Shown here: positions 51,751 through 64,000 of the stretch, piece after piece
How the letters are laid out: every line of letters begins with the position of its first letter
Numbering within the stretch: position 1 is the stretch's first letter
Assembly (NCBI GenBank): GCA_013265495.1
Contig: MU058065.1
Span: 1 to 64,000, forward strand
Length of the DNA stretch: 64,000 nucleotides
Source: Vicugna vicugna
Taxonomy: Eukaryota
Reading direction: 5' to 3'
Position numbers and translations under genes: made by a program
The notes under the pieces: model-generated
Database searches by the model: none
What the model saw: only the letters and a program-made list of their open reading frames with translations
What the model was told of the DNA's origin: nothing

Positions 51751-54700
51751 TAAATATATAAAACTTGTGTCTTCAATCTCCCCACAAAACAACCTATCAA
51801 ATCATCTCTTTATTTTCAATGTAAAAGACTTTTCTGTTCTTAGCTACAGTTTAGAATAAATCTTTATCCATTAACATTAGCAAAAAAAAAATCCCCATAA
51901 GCATTGTCTAAGTTATTATTCATAGAACATAAACTCATACTGTGAACTTAAGGTCTCTTAGTATATATAATCTAATAAAGAACCCACTGAAATTTAATAT
52001 CACCACTCATTAACAATCAGCAATCGTAGCTTTTTGGAAATATGTAGAGCACACAGGCAAACCACAGACAAGGAAATAGAACTGACTGAAAAGGAAATGA
52101 AGAGTTGTCCCGTGTCACTAACCAAAGAATAATAAATAACAGCAATGGAGTAATTTTTGTTACACATCAAATTTCAAAAAAACTTATAGCAAACATTCAG
52201 ATTGGCCAAAAAGTGGGGAAGCAGGCACTTGCATGTGCTGTTGGTGGACTTTAAACTGGAGCAAACTTACAGACACCAAGTTGGAAATACGTATAAAAGA
52301 GTCACGAAAATAGTTCCAACTCACTACGCTAATTCTGGAAATCTACTCCAAGGACACATTCAGACCTGGGAGCCAAGACTAACAAATAATGTTTTGACAG
52401 ACATCCTCCCTTGGAATTTGGATCATCAGGTAATAAAATTCATATGTAAAATTAGTGAATGAGAAAATAAAGGAACCACAACAAGAATCATTACACAGCC
52501 ACTAAAACTGAGGCTTTTAAAGAACTGTGCTTATAATAAGTTAAAGGAGAAGGTCGGAAATAATTGTGTATGAGGGTAGGGGTGTGTGGCGGCAGAACGC
52601 CAAAGGTAGTTGTCTCTGGGTACGAGACTATGGGAAATTTGTTTTCTTCATCATACTTTACGTATTTCCAACTTTTCGATAATGAATAAATACCTTGTTC
52701 TCAATCAGGAGCTGAGAAATTAGATTTCACCCTCTTTTCGCTACTGCTTTCGTTTTAGTTTAATCATTTATGCAATATAACCAATTTTTAAACGAAATTG
52801 TTACACTCAATCTCTTAAAAAAGAAAAACTGCAGAAAACTTAGTAGCCAGATGAAATTCTTTTCTGTTCCTAATGTACCTCCTACTCAGCCTGAGGCTCA
52901 TCCTACAGTGGTTGGGGGTGGGCCTGATCACTGCGTCCAGCTGTTCAGGACAAGGCTAGGTCTTCTCTTTGTCCACAAGCTTGGCCTCCAGAGCTAGAGA
53001 GATGATTAATACACCCTCTTCCCCTCAAAGAGTTCCACTTTTAGTGGGAGGGAAAGTTCTCTGCCTCAAAATTTCTCCTCATCTCATAAAACTTAACTCA
53101 AGGGAATCGTTGCTTTGGTTAAGAAATGCTCTCACCTTCAGTTTTGGTCAACTGTGAGCCCTTCTGGGAGACGAACAAATTAGCCAACTCCTTCACATAA
53201 CTCATATAACTTTCCTTCACGGGAGTCTGTAAGGGAGAAGGGAGGAAATGTACAAATGGACATCTGAGGAACGCAGCAGAGAAACCTGCTTGGGAGGGTC
53301 CTGGAATGTTGACTCCAGCTGAACTCTAACAGGCTGTGAAAAGCTGTTTGCATGAAATAAAAAAGAGGGTGAGATTCAATTCTATACACATCTGACATCC
53401 AAGTTTAGTAGAAAAACACAACTGTCCCTAGTAGATACAAAAGATGTGATTGTGTAATATAAACAGAAGAGCAAGGCTTCAGAATATGCTTATCTTGGGC
53501 AAGAAATAAACAAATTCACGTATACACACAAACACACACACGAACACCAAACAACATGGCAACATCCATGTTATACCTACTAAAAAAAGTTTTGTCTTTG
53601 GTTTTTTGTCTTAAAAAATGATGGCATCCAATACAGATAAATTTGTACTAAAACTGACACATAATAAACTGGTATAACTTCTTGAAAAACAACTTGATCC
53701 ACCCTTGAAAACCATGAATCTCAGACAGCAGCCCTCTCTCCTCTCGATGAGCTACCACAACACTGGCCCAGCCCTAAGACCACAGTTCCTCTTAGCTGCC
53801 ATCCATCAGGGCATTTTTGTTAAAGGACCTTTCTCTCCAAAGCATGATTAATTTGGGTATCGAATGGATTTACATATTTGTCACTTGCTTATTTACACAA
53901 ACCCCCAATGTATATTTTAACCCAGTATCTATTTGGTTTTTGTTTTATTTTCTACTAAGCTATTAGAAACACTTCCACATTTAAAAAGCTTGGAAAGGAA
54001 TGTCACACTTTTTGGGAAAATACGTTAACTTTTATACTTCATTGTCTCCTTTGCTCTAGATAACCCTTTTATCTTGAATTCTCAAAGGATTTTTATGAAT
54101 AACGTTGTTTATAATAACTGTTATTAGCATGTTCTGGTTTAGGAGAAGTCTAAATCTGTTAGTACACATCTTCACATACATGCAGATCCACATACACACA
54201 GCTAGGTATCTTGAGAGCTGGTATGGTCATTAGTAAGCCTCATGAATTAATACATGTTCTGATGAAAGACAATAAATTGGGAGATATTAGTAGCTCATGG
54301 TGGCGGCTGACATGCAGAAAGTCCCTAACACGTGAGAGTCATTATGACCCCAGGGACTGTCATGTGGGCCTTGGAAACCTCTCTTCCGCCCCCTTTCTTC
54401 CATTCTATTCTCTCAGCCTCCCTAGTTCTAGTCTTCAATTTCTTCTCTAGTCTATGTCAACAGGCTGACGAGGCCCCCGGCATGAAATCTCAAACTTCTA
54501 CACTACTCCTGGCCTCTCCTAAAGGTTGGAGAGGTTGTTCATGGCTTATGGTTGTTCCCCCTAGAAACAAAGTCCACCTGACTACAAGCCAGGCCGGAAT
54601 TCACTAACTTGCCATCCAAGGCCCTCTACAGTGTGGCCCCGTCTCAACTCTCTAGCGAGTGTTTGTAAAACATACCTTGAAGGACACTTGTTCTGGAGAG

Positions 54701-55532
54701 ACTGCTTCATGCTAGTGCTAACCAAAAGGGTACCGTCCTCAAATAAGTATGGGAAACTAGTCACTCTGATTTCATTCTTGCAGCACTTTTCAGAACCTTT
54801 CACGTGTTCAGGTCCCCTGTGGCCATGACTGGCCACCTGGAACACACTTGTACAGAGTTTCCTGACCAGGGAACTTTGTTCCAGGGAGCATCCAGGGAAC
54901 TAGCACTTGAGAGAACACACTAGGGGGACACAGCCAGCTTTACGTCCCAGTGTTTGTGGACAGATTCTTTGCTGTTTCAGGACCTTGCCAAACTTCCTGG
55001 GCTTTGCTCTCTCTCCTCCCACTGCAAAGAGCATTCTCCTTCATCATCCACCCCATGGCCTCCCAGCACTCAACGCGCACACACACCCCCTCCTCTGGCA
55101 AGCCTCCTAATTCCTCAGATCAGAGTTAGTCACCCTCCTTTTTGGTTCATCTGCTTTTATTGAACTAAACTTTCCATCTTCTGTTTTGTTTCAGTTAGTT
55201 GTTCATCTGTGTTTCTTCTACTAAACTGTGAAGCTGCTGAGGGGAGAGGATGGAATATTGATCTGGGTCAGCCGTTAACAAGGACCCCAAAAGTGCAGGT
55301 GTAAGAAGGAAGAAACATTCTTCTTATACTCCAGATTTAATTTGAAACTGCTCAAGATTACTTCCTTCTTACATTTGAGTGAGATATCAAGTTCTAAAAC
55401 AATGAGATACGGATCCATCTTGTAATTGAAAAAAATTAACTAAAATTAAAATAACTGACAGAGGTCATAAAGGAATCTAGCAAGAGATTTCAGGCCAAAA
55501 GCAACCACAGAAACTACATCTCCTTCACTGAT

Positions 55533-56090
55533 TGTATTAATCAAGGTTCTCTAGAGAAACAGGACCAATTATATACATGCATATGTATACATAATTTAAT
55601 ATACATATTTAAAATTTTATTACTTCATATATAAATTATATAAAAATTTTATATAAACTTACATATATATTTATTATAAGGAATTGGCTCACATGATTAT
55701 AGAGGCTGAGAAGCTGCACAGTGTGCCATTTGCAAGCTGCAGACCCTGTAAAGCAGGTGGTGTCAATTCCAGTCTGAGTCCATGGTCTGAGACCCAGCAA
55801 CACCGATGGTGTAGGTCTCAGCTCCAGAGAAGACCAACGTCTCAGCCCAAACAGTCAGAAGGAAAGAAAAGAGCTCAACCTCCCTCCGCCTTGTTGTTCT
55901 ATTTAGTCCTTGAATGGTTGGGATGATGCCCACCCGCAAAGGGCCGGGCCATCTGCTTTACTTGGTCCAGCAATTCAAATGCCGATCTCATCCAGAAATG
56001 CCCGCACAGGCACACCCAGATACAATGTTTAATCAGGTATCTGGGCATCTCAGGGCTCAGTCAGGTTGACAGATAAAGTTAACCATCACA
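55533..56090 (-). mobile_element. MLT2-family (ERVL) solo LTR with a 5-bp TSD
   Basis: Begins tgtattaatcaaggttctctagagaaacag and ends ttaaccatcaca (TG...CA termini). TSD ctgat at 55528-55532 and 56091-56095. Confidence 0.9.
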
Positions 56091-56129
56091 CTGATGGTTT
56101 TAAATTACCTAAATTAATTCAACAGTATA

Positions 56130-56376
56130 TTTTTTCCTTTTTTTTTTTTATTATTGATGTATAGTCAGTTTAAAATGTATCAATTTCTGGTGTATGGCAT
56201 CACATTTCAGTCATACGTACACATACATATATTCCTCTTCATATTCATTATAGGTTTGCTACAAGGTACTGAATATAGCTCCCTGTGCTGTACGGTATAA
56301 ACTTGCTGTTTATTTTATATATAGTAGTTCATATCTGCAAATCCCGAACTCCCAATTTATCTCTTCCCATCCCCTT
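56130..56376 (-). mobile_element. Lineage-specific L1 3' tail inserted in an L2 remnant
   Basis: Poly(T), then ttattgatgtatagtcagttt...gaatatagctccctgtgctgtac...tcccgaactcccaatttatc. L2 text resumes with atatttactcagcatctactctgtg. Confidence 0.8.
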
Positions 56377-56753
56377 AATATTTACTCAGCATCTACTCTG
56401 TGTCATGAAGATGAATAAGAAATAGTCCTTAGTCTCAAGAAGCTTGCAGCCTATAGAGGAAATCAAAAAACACAAAACACACAATTCTGAGAGAAAGTGC
56501 TTATGGTAGAGAAATCTATAAACATTATGGGAGCAAAGACAAAAAGTAACTAACTTTTCCTGGAGAATTAGGGAAAGCAGCACAAAATAGATATTATTTG
56601 ATTTAGGAAGGTTTTGAATGATAACCAGGAATTCACGAGGAAGAAGAGAACAAAAGGCATGGCAGGTGCGGGAAGGGAAATGCTCTCCCACAGGCCCGGA
56701 CCCACGGCTGGTGTTCCGAGCCTGAGTCTCCACCTCCCACCAATCTTTGATGA

Positions 56754-57224
56754 TGTGGCGGGCGAGCAATGACCCCCCCACCCCCAAAGACGTCCACACG
56801 CTAATCTCGGGAACGGGTAAGCGTTACCTCATAGGCAAAGACTTTTCACCTTAAGGCTCTTGAGATGGGATGATGGTCCTGGATTACCAGAGTGGGTCCT
56901 GAAGGCTATCACAAGGGTCCTTGTAAGAGAGAGGCAGAGGAAGACTGGACGCAGGTAGAAGAGGAGAAGCCAATGTGACCACAGAGGACTTGGGGTGACG
57001 CAACCACAAGCCCAGGACTCCTGGCAGCCACCAGAAGCTGGGAGAGAGGAGGACTCTTCCCAGAGCCCCCAGAGGACGCACAGCCCTGTCAACACACTGA
57101 TTTCAGCTCAGTGTTAACTGACTTCAGGCATTCAGGCTCCAAAACTGTGAGAGAATAGATTTCTGCTGTTTGAAGCCACTGAGTCTGCAGTACTTTGCTA
57201 CAGCAGTGACAAGAAACTAACACA
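56754..57224 (+). mobile_element. MLT1D-like MaLR solo LTR
   Basis: tgtggcgggc...ccaaagacgtccac...cttgagatggga...cagccaccagaagctgg...aactgtgagagaatagatttctgctgtttgaagccact...cagcagtgacaagaaactaacaca. Confidence 0.88.
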
Positions 57225-58329
57225 GACGCTGCTGCTGCTCCAGGGTCATTCCCAACATCCGCAGAGCGCTCGGCAGTAACTTGGCTTCATCTCTGCCCGA
57301 TCGCCTACGATCTTCTAGGGAGATTTCACCACTCATGCAGATAACTCACTCAACTCCTTCGCCTCACAGCCCCTGAACCCCCGTGACTCAGTGACCTTCT
57401 CTTCCACCACTCCTGTTTCAAGCATGCTCTGGACCACGTCACCAGGAAAAGAGACCCCAACATCGAGCCCTCTGACCGCCAGCTCCTATGGTCACTTCTC
57501 TCAGTTTTCAAACTTGAAACAACCTCCTGTCTTCCAATCCCACCGGCCCCCAAGCCAGGCCTCTTAGGTTGCATTTCTTTCCCTTTCCCATTGTCATCAC
57601 TGGGACAACTCTCTGAACAGAGCCCACGAGCAAATTTGCCAAGAAGATTGTGAAACATCAGGTGCCTCACTTGCCAGAAACCATTCAGAGCTATGGGAGG
57701 GGTCCCAGCAGCACGTTCACATGCGCATGTGTTCTTGTCAAATTCATGAAAGTAAGACCTCTTTCCATTTCAACCTCCCCTGTCATACTTCCTCCCATGT
57801 CAGGTGGCACTGGAGTGGTCACAGACATTTTTGGGATTCAACTAAAGGAGAACAACTGAAGGTGCATTTAGTTTGGGTTCAGTGGGGTTCATTCATGTGG
57901 TTCGTGGTCATTTTGGTGCAGGGTTAAGTCACTGCTAGTGTGTAAATGGCTTCCAGAAATATTCTTCACACCCACTGCGCGTCCTTATCCAGAGCTGTAA
58001 GGGGAGGACAGGGGCAGAAGTCCTGCAGCACTCTCAAGTGTCCCAAAGCCACCAGCACTGGCGGCACAGCCATCGTGCTGGAGTTGGAACCCAGTGTCTA
58101 GAAAATTCTTCCAACCACCAAGCACGTAAAACTGTAGGGGGAGCATTCAGTTCCCTTATTACAGAGTCAAAACAGAAATTAAACAGAAGTTCTCTTGCAT
58201 CAGGAATACACTTAATAACGCAGTGCATGGTGTAAAAATGGACCATCCACTTTCCCTTTTCTTCCCCCAAGAACAAAAATAAACTTTATCAGAATTCCTG
58301 TGTTTGTGGCTTTCAAACAAAAATATTTT

Positions 58330-59035
58330 CAAATCACATCAATAGCTGTGAAGAGAAGTAATGAACAGGTTCTTGGGTTTCTGGGAATCCAATTAATGAA
58401 GAGGAGTAAATCATAAGGACATTAGTAAAGGAGTTACATTGCTTGCTGATGCAGCACCAAGTATCGATACCAGTGAAGAAAACGTAAATCTCATACTAAG
58501 CCCCTAAGGAGTAGGGATGACATTTAAATCAATTCAAAGAACATCTGATATGGGTCACTGCACAAGAAAACTTGAAAAGCCCTGAAATTTTACAGCTTGT
58601 ATGTAAAAGCAGCTTGACAGAAGTTTTCCGAAATAGTACGATTCTAAACATTTACATGATAAGTTCTGACAGCAACTCTTCTAAACCCTCAATAATAAAA
58701 AGTTAATGTTGATGTACCGTGTTATTCCCTCCACAGAAATGCTATTGCCAAATTATTGTCATATGAAGAAGAGATCAGATTATGCAGCAGAAAGGATCAG
58801 ATTATCCTGTGGGGGGAAAATATCATAGGGGCATGCCAGGGAGTTAGTATAATGTTACATATGCTTGCAGATTTTGTAATGTTCATAGTATTTATTAGTT
58901 CTTAAAAATATATATATTGTTGTGCTTTCTTTTCTCATTTAAAATGTTTACTTTTGCTTCTAATTTCTTTTTCTTTAAAAAAGGACCCACACAACTGAAA
59001 AAGCTTCAAGCCCACAAAGCTAACATATGCCCTTG
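58330..59035 (+). mobile_element. hAT-Tip100 (Zaphod-like) DNA transposon remnant with a decayed dimerisation-domain sequence
   Basis: gaagttttccgaaat...attctaaacatttacatga...tctaaaccctcaataataaaa...ttattgtcatatgaagaagagatc resembles the hAT C-terminus (EVFPN..ILKIY..SKLSIIK..LSYEEAI); frameshifted. Confidence 0.6.
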
Positions 59036-59089
59036 ATAGAACACTCATCTTCTTCAACAACTTACCTTTGTGTCTTAAACGCCAACCCT

Positions 59090-59985
59090 GGATTAACTCT
59101 ATCTAATAAATGCAGAGGGAATGACAAAATCAGAAAATCACCATTCCCGACTCCCTCTGAAATAACCAACTTGGACAAAGATCATCACTGACATGTGCCA
59201 AACAATAAGGCAAAAGGTTGTTGAGAACAAGCCATCTGCACGATGTCCAAATATCACCCCATCAACTGCACAGGGACATACGCCCCCTTACAATGAAGAG
59301 TACCTTAATCAAATGATTGAACTTAGAATTCCTAGGGGAGGGACAGCCTGGTATCATGTCCTTCTGATGTGACGCATTATGGAGTGAACAGCATAACTTG
59401 TATGAAGTGTTCTTGCCAAACAGTTTAATCTGAATGTAATTAAACCTTTAGACCTAATTTCTAGTTTACAGAAAGGGGCTAGAGGAGCAAATTAAATACC
59501 TCTACAAGGAAACAAGCAGGGAAATCCAGAACATGGGACCTTCTATAAAGCCTAGAAGAGATCTAGTCTCTTCAAAACTTTTTCATGACCTTTATTTGGC
59601 AATGCCATGTGAAAACAGAAAGGCAGAGGGACTGCCTTAGAGTAAAAGGGAACAAAGAAATATCATCAAACGCAACATGTGAACCTTGATTGGACCCTGG
59701 TCCTCCCTCATCATCTCATCACCTCCACCTCCTATTTCCAAACAAAAAAATGTTACAAAAGGCACTTTGAAAACTGGGGAAACTTGAATATAGACCAACT
59801 GCTAGACAACACTGGGGAATTACTGTTAATTTTCTTCAGTCTGACAACAGTAATGTGGTTTAGGAGATGTATGCTGAAATTTTTAGAGGCCAAGTTATCA
59901 TGAAGTTTTGCAATTTAGTTTCCAAAGGTTCAGCGACTTTTCTTAATGTTTGAAAGTCTTTACAATTAAAAAATTGGAACAAGTC
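59090..59985 (+). mobile_element. Old L1 (L1MC/ME-like) 3' UTR
   Basis: gaaaatcaccatt, tttaatctgaatgtaattaaacctttagaccta, tgtgaaccttgattggaccctg, ttttcttaatgtttgaaagtctttacaattaaaa. Confidence 0.65.
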
Positions 59986-60369
59986 AAAAACATATTAAAT
60001 CTATTTTTCTCTGATTTGGTCAACATAACCAACAAGTTTTTAGCAGTGTCACAGTAATTACTCTCCTCCAACGTTAGCAGTGAGGTGGTGCCCAAAGCCG
60101 AGGGGCCAAGGCTTTCAGAACTGCCATGTTATACTGAGGACTCTCCTTGGGTCCAAGGCAGTCACAGTCTGCTTCATCTGTGCTTAAGAGTAGCTTACAG
60201 GAATTTTTAAATTGCTCACTGTCATTCCAGATGGGAAAATCAAGGAGGAACAAGGAACGGGGAGACACAGAGCTCATGCAAACAAAGTTAAATAACATCC
60301 GGTTTATTTTATTAATTTTAGGAAGAAAAAAAATCATGGACACTACACACTTTCAGTCATTTATCTCAC

Positions 60370-60595
60370 AATAAGAGCCATGAGTTATGCACTTTGTCAT
60401 TTATAAAGTTTTTTCATATGGATTATCTCTTCGATTCTTTAAAACTAATTCATGAAACAGAGAAAGTGAGTCACGTTCCCATTCCCCAGATGAGGAAAAT
60501 GAGGCTCAGAGAGGTTGTATGATTTGCCTGAGGTCCTTTGGCTGGCATGAGAGCCCAGGTCCCTTCATCCTGGACCACTGTCCTCTAGTGTGGTC
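60370..60595 (-). mobile_element. MIR SINE remnant
   Basis: cccattccccagatgaggaaaatgaggctcagagaggtt...tgatttgcctgaggtc. Confidence 0.75.
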
Positions 60596-62546
60596 ACTGA
60601 GTGGCCATCTTACTTGGGTAATGTTTATTTCTCTGAGCTTCAGGCTCTGGACTAGACAGCCTTAAGCTTACGTAAGAAACAGCAAAGGTTCATGATTTGG
60701 GCTGGAAGGTCACATCTGGCATCAGATCCCCCTTCCTTCCATCAAAAGAAGATGGTGGAGGGGTGGGCATGGAAGACGGCAGTGGGTGGGAGGTGGGAAG
60801 GGCAGGAGCCCAGCCTGTGAGGAGGCGGCATCCAGAAGCAGCCTGCACATCTCCCCTGTGCCACCTCAGGAACAGGGCCACTTCTTCCAACACAACCACC
60901 TAGCAGGGCCCAGGACATGCAGTGAAAGGAAAGGACCACGTGAGGCAAAGCAATCTCTGAAACAAGGGATATCCGAGTACTGTGAGAACAAAAGCCCCAG
61001 CAAATGGGTGTGATTACTTCACTCTGCTGATCGAGTCCACACCCCTCGTGGTGCCTGACAGCCGCTGTTTGGAGTGGCTTCCCTCCATAAAACTCCCTAG
61101 CTGGGGGAAATTACTAATTCTGTGGCTTTCGTAAGACACAGAGGTCCAAAATGTTTGCTTGGCAGATTTTTTTCTTCTCCCAAGGGTAGCTCATTAAGTC
61201 CGTCAATAAAGCAGGCTTTGTTCTAAAGATTTACAGTGTTTTCCCAATGAAAATTCTAATTGACAACCACCAGGAGAGTAACAATGCAGAGCAAAGAGAG
61301 CCCTGATTTCTCCCATTCTTCCAAGATCCATCTCAAAGAAGCACTCCCTTCTTAGGTTTCCTGGACCAGCGTTCAGCTCGCTCTTTATTTGGACACAGCA
61401 TAAGCAGATGCTTGGGTATCAGAAGTTTATCATTCAAAGTAGTCAAATCGTAAAAACCCAAAGATTTAGTCTTTCAAACTTCAAAGATAGGGAAATTCCA
61501 TTTAATTCCCAGGCTCAGAATACCAGGTCCCTCCACGCAGAATAAGCGTATTACATAAAAATGCAACCATGCCTTTTCTATGGAAAGGCGGGGTGGGGGT
61601 GGTGGGGAGACCCTAAAAAAATAAAATGCATGATGAGAGTCTTCAGAAACAGTCGCATGAGAATATTAAAGGCGCTGCTACTCAATGGATTCATTATAGA
61701 ATAAAAGTTCAAGTACCGGAGGGAGTGATTTTCATATGAATGTTGGGTGTTGCCCTCACATACAAGAGTCCCCCATCTACACAGAGAACCAAGTCACATC
61801 AAGCAAGTCAGGGAGCTGTGAGTGACAAGGTATAGAGACGGCTGTTCAGATAAGGGACAGACTTTACTGGACCCTTTTTCAAAGAGAACTTTGAAGATTT
61901 TGTTAGGCTTTCTTCGTGAAACTGTCACAAGATAACAATACAGTTGCAAATGAGTGGTGTTCAGTGGCCACATCACTGCCTTTTACAGACCAGCTGGCAA
62001 TGGCTGCCCACGATGGGAAATTAGCATTAAAGAAGGACTCAAGGTTCCTGGGCTGACACACAGCCCGAAGAGAATATTCTCCAATAAAGTAGGACACCCT
62101 ACACAGCCACACAAACCAAAAGCAAAGGAGAAAAGCTCCTGTCTGAAAAGGACAGCAGCAAAAACTCTCTTCCTTACTTTCTGAGTCTTCCTGAATCTCC
62201 ACCCTCCTTCTCCAAACAGCATCCAGGTCCCCATAATAAAAATAAACAAACCAACCATGGGCTTCCAGTTGCATTATACAGATTAAGAGAAGTGCAGCTG
62301 GTGGAAGAGGTCGGGAAATAACACAACTCACTCTCCTTTTTCTCAAAGGAAAGCAGAACAAGGAACCAAAGTGAGAGAGCTCTCCCCCCGCCAGCCCTCC
62401 CACTCCCCTAGCGCCCTGGGAACACCCAGACCAGGAATCAGGAGGCCTGTATCCTAACTAGTCTAGGATCTATCAAGAGCTGCTTGATGGGTCCCTTGAC
62501 CGCCCAAATTTCCTTGTTCTCGTCTGCAAAGGAAGTTCATAGACAT

Positions 62547-62785
62547 CAGTGGTTCCCAAACTGTGCTCCCTGGAGCTCCAGGGTTCCATGGAGCTGCCTC
62601 TGAGGCAGCCACAGTGACATGGGGGTAAGGCAAAGGGATTGGGGCCCCATGCTTCCTCTCCACCCAAAACAGTTCAGAGTTGACCTATTTGATATATCAA
62701 GATCGTGAGTGAACCCTTCTGTCTAAAGAGCCTATGATCACCAAGGCAATTCGCAACTAAAATGGCTTAAAAGCACTGGACCAAC
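62547..62785. mobile_element. hAT-Charlie-like MER remnant
   Basis: Begins cagtggttcccaaactgtgctcc and ends near aaaagcactgg, consistent with hAT terminal inverted repeats. Confidence 0.5.
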
Positions 62786-62909
62786 ATACCTTTTGGTTTT
62801 CTATCTTTACAATTATGTGGTTTCTATGTGCCTCGTTGGGTTACTGTCATTAGAACGAATGAATGAATAGGCTGGTTAACACTGATTCTCAAATCTGTGT
62901 ACCAGGTTC

Positions 62910-63020
62910 TACTTAAAAGGTGAGGAAACGGAAACTCAGCTGAGGCAAGTGCACCAGAACCAGACAGCTCAGTAGCTGGCAGGATTCAAACCCAGGAACG
63001 TCAGACATTAAAACCTTTCA
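62910..63020 (-). mobile_element. MIR remnant
   Basis: ggtgaggaaacggaaactcag...cagctcagtagctggcaggattcaaacccagg. Confidence 0.65.
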
Positions 63021-63153
63021 GCTGGACTCTGTCCTAACAGTTAAAGAACGAACTTCACTGTAAAAGACAACGTGGTTACCTCATCATTATTGCAATTCTT
63101 TTCGCCACGGAACATCACGTCCTTCATTCGTTTCTCTGAGAGTAAACACTTAC

Positions 63154-63286
63154 CCTGGCGAGAGGAAGTGGATAGCCAGAAGTTCTGCCCAACAGGCAAA
63201 CCTGCTGGGTACAGGACAGCCCAAAACGCTGACAAAGCCTCCGGGGCAATAGTGGTTGTTAAGAACTTTCAAAGCAAACAGAACGC
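63154..63286 (-). CDS. RHBDD1: RHBDD1/RHBDL4 rhomboid protease, internal coding exon (133 bp; end of the catalytic-Ser helix through TM5)
   Basis: Minus strand reads ctcttctag|GCGTTCTG...TCGCCAGG|gtaagt. It translates (phase 1 in, phase 2 out) as (G)VLFALKVLNNHYCPGGFVSVLGCPVPSRFACWAELLAIHFLSP(G), matching the RHBDD1 segment that follows the GFSG catalytic motif. The ORF track shows only other frames here. Confidence 0.96.
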
Positions 63287-63924
63287 CTAGAAGAGAGTAA
63301 AGAGCATACAAACATCAACCCAAATGCGGAGATGATCGACGCTGGCAAGAAACTAACTGAAAGTGAACATGATTATTCGAGCACATCCAACTTTTCGCTT
63401 TGAAACATATTCTACTCCTTACGAGTCAGCCCGGCATTCGGTAGAGAGACAGTCTTCAAGGCAATCATTCCCTCAGCGTTTCTTAACACAGAAGTTCACA
63501 CTGGCTTTCAGTATTCTACTAATATACAACACAGAAGATGGCAGTAAGACGCCAGCAATGGTATGAAATGCCCCTGAATTGTAAACTTCAAAATCATTCA
63601 CTTTATGCGACGTGATTTTTAACGCAAACATTGAGTGTTTTTTTTTTTTTACACGGATGTGTATTTTTCTAACCTTTATGGAAAGACATGTAGAAGGAAC
63701 AGCGTATTTTGGTTCCTCCCCCATTATCAGATGCATGAGGATGCACCTTAGATGGAAGCGGGGCGCGTGGCAGGGAAAGCAGAGGGAAGGTTTGATTTCC
63801 TTCTGTTTTAGGACTGTTTCCCTCCTCCCCTTCACATTATAATTTTGAGAACATATTTCAAGTCCTGATGCCAATTTATAAGATATACGTGAAAAAAAAA
63901 AAAAACTAGTGAGGGGAGTAGTGA

Positions 63925-64000
63925 GAGGCAATGTGACATGTGGTTAAAAGTCGTGCAGACTGGGTTCAAATCCCATCTCCACCACTCACGAGGTGTGTAA
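63925..64000 (+). mobile_element. MIR remnant, truncated by the window end
   Basis: gtggttaaaag...cagactgggttcaaatcccatctccaccactcac. Confidence 0.65.

Noticed and set aside
61903..62403. 166-aa minus-strand ORF
   Set aside because: Non-ATG start, no recognisable domain, and no exon-like boundaries compatible with the RHBDD1 frame.
63041..63290. ORFs 63041..63235 (-) and 63072..63290 (+)
   Set aside because: They are off-frame and antisense readings of the true 133-bp exon.

Overview
Mammalian genomic DNA, very likely from a camelid (alpaca/llama/camel), judging by its tRNA-derived Vic-1-type SINEs. The whole window appears to lie inside one minus-strand gene, RHBDD1 (RHBDL4, the ER rhomboid intramembrane serine protease). 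Four consecutive internal coding exons were read directly from the sequence: 63286-63154, 31525-31437, 27649-27593 and 18283-18143. All have AG/GT boundaries and matching splice phases (1-2, 2-1, 1-1, 1-1). They splice into one open frame: GVLFALKVLNNHYCPGGFVSVLGCPVPSRFACWAELLAIHFLSPG TSFAGHLAGILVGLMYTCGPLKKIMKTCAG IFPSNTGYPRQQYYFNNTG YSGYQGYFPYGGPEYYDVPRNYDMYTAGLSEEEQLERALRASLSDPG. This covers the last transmembrane helices, the catalytic His and the ubiquitin-interacting motif (UIM). The exon carrying the catalytic Ser and the terminal exon with the p97/VCP-binding motif were not found and presumably lie outside the window, to the right and left respectively. The rest is intron containing L1, L2, MIR, MaLR/ERVL LTRs, Tigger/hAT DNA-transposon fossils, SINEs, microsatellites and a 10-N assembly gap. 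Repeat subfamily names come from recalled consensus sequences, and most repeat boundaries are approximate. I found no convincing previously undescribed biological system. The best secondary observations are a twin-primed inverted L1 about 40 nt from a splice acceptor, sense-strand L1 poly(A) signals in the same intron, recurrent rearrangement of the SINE hairpin, and a bHLH E-box/CpG cluster.
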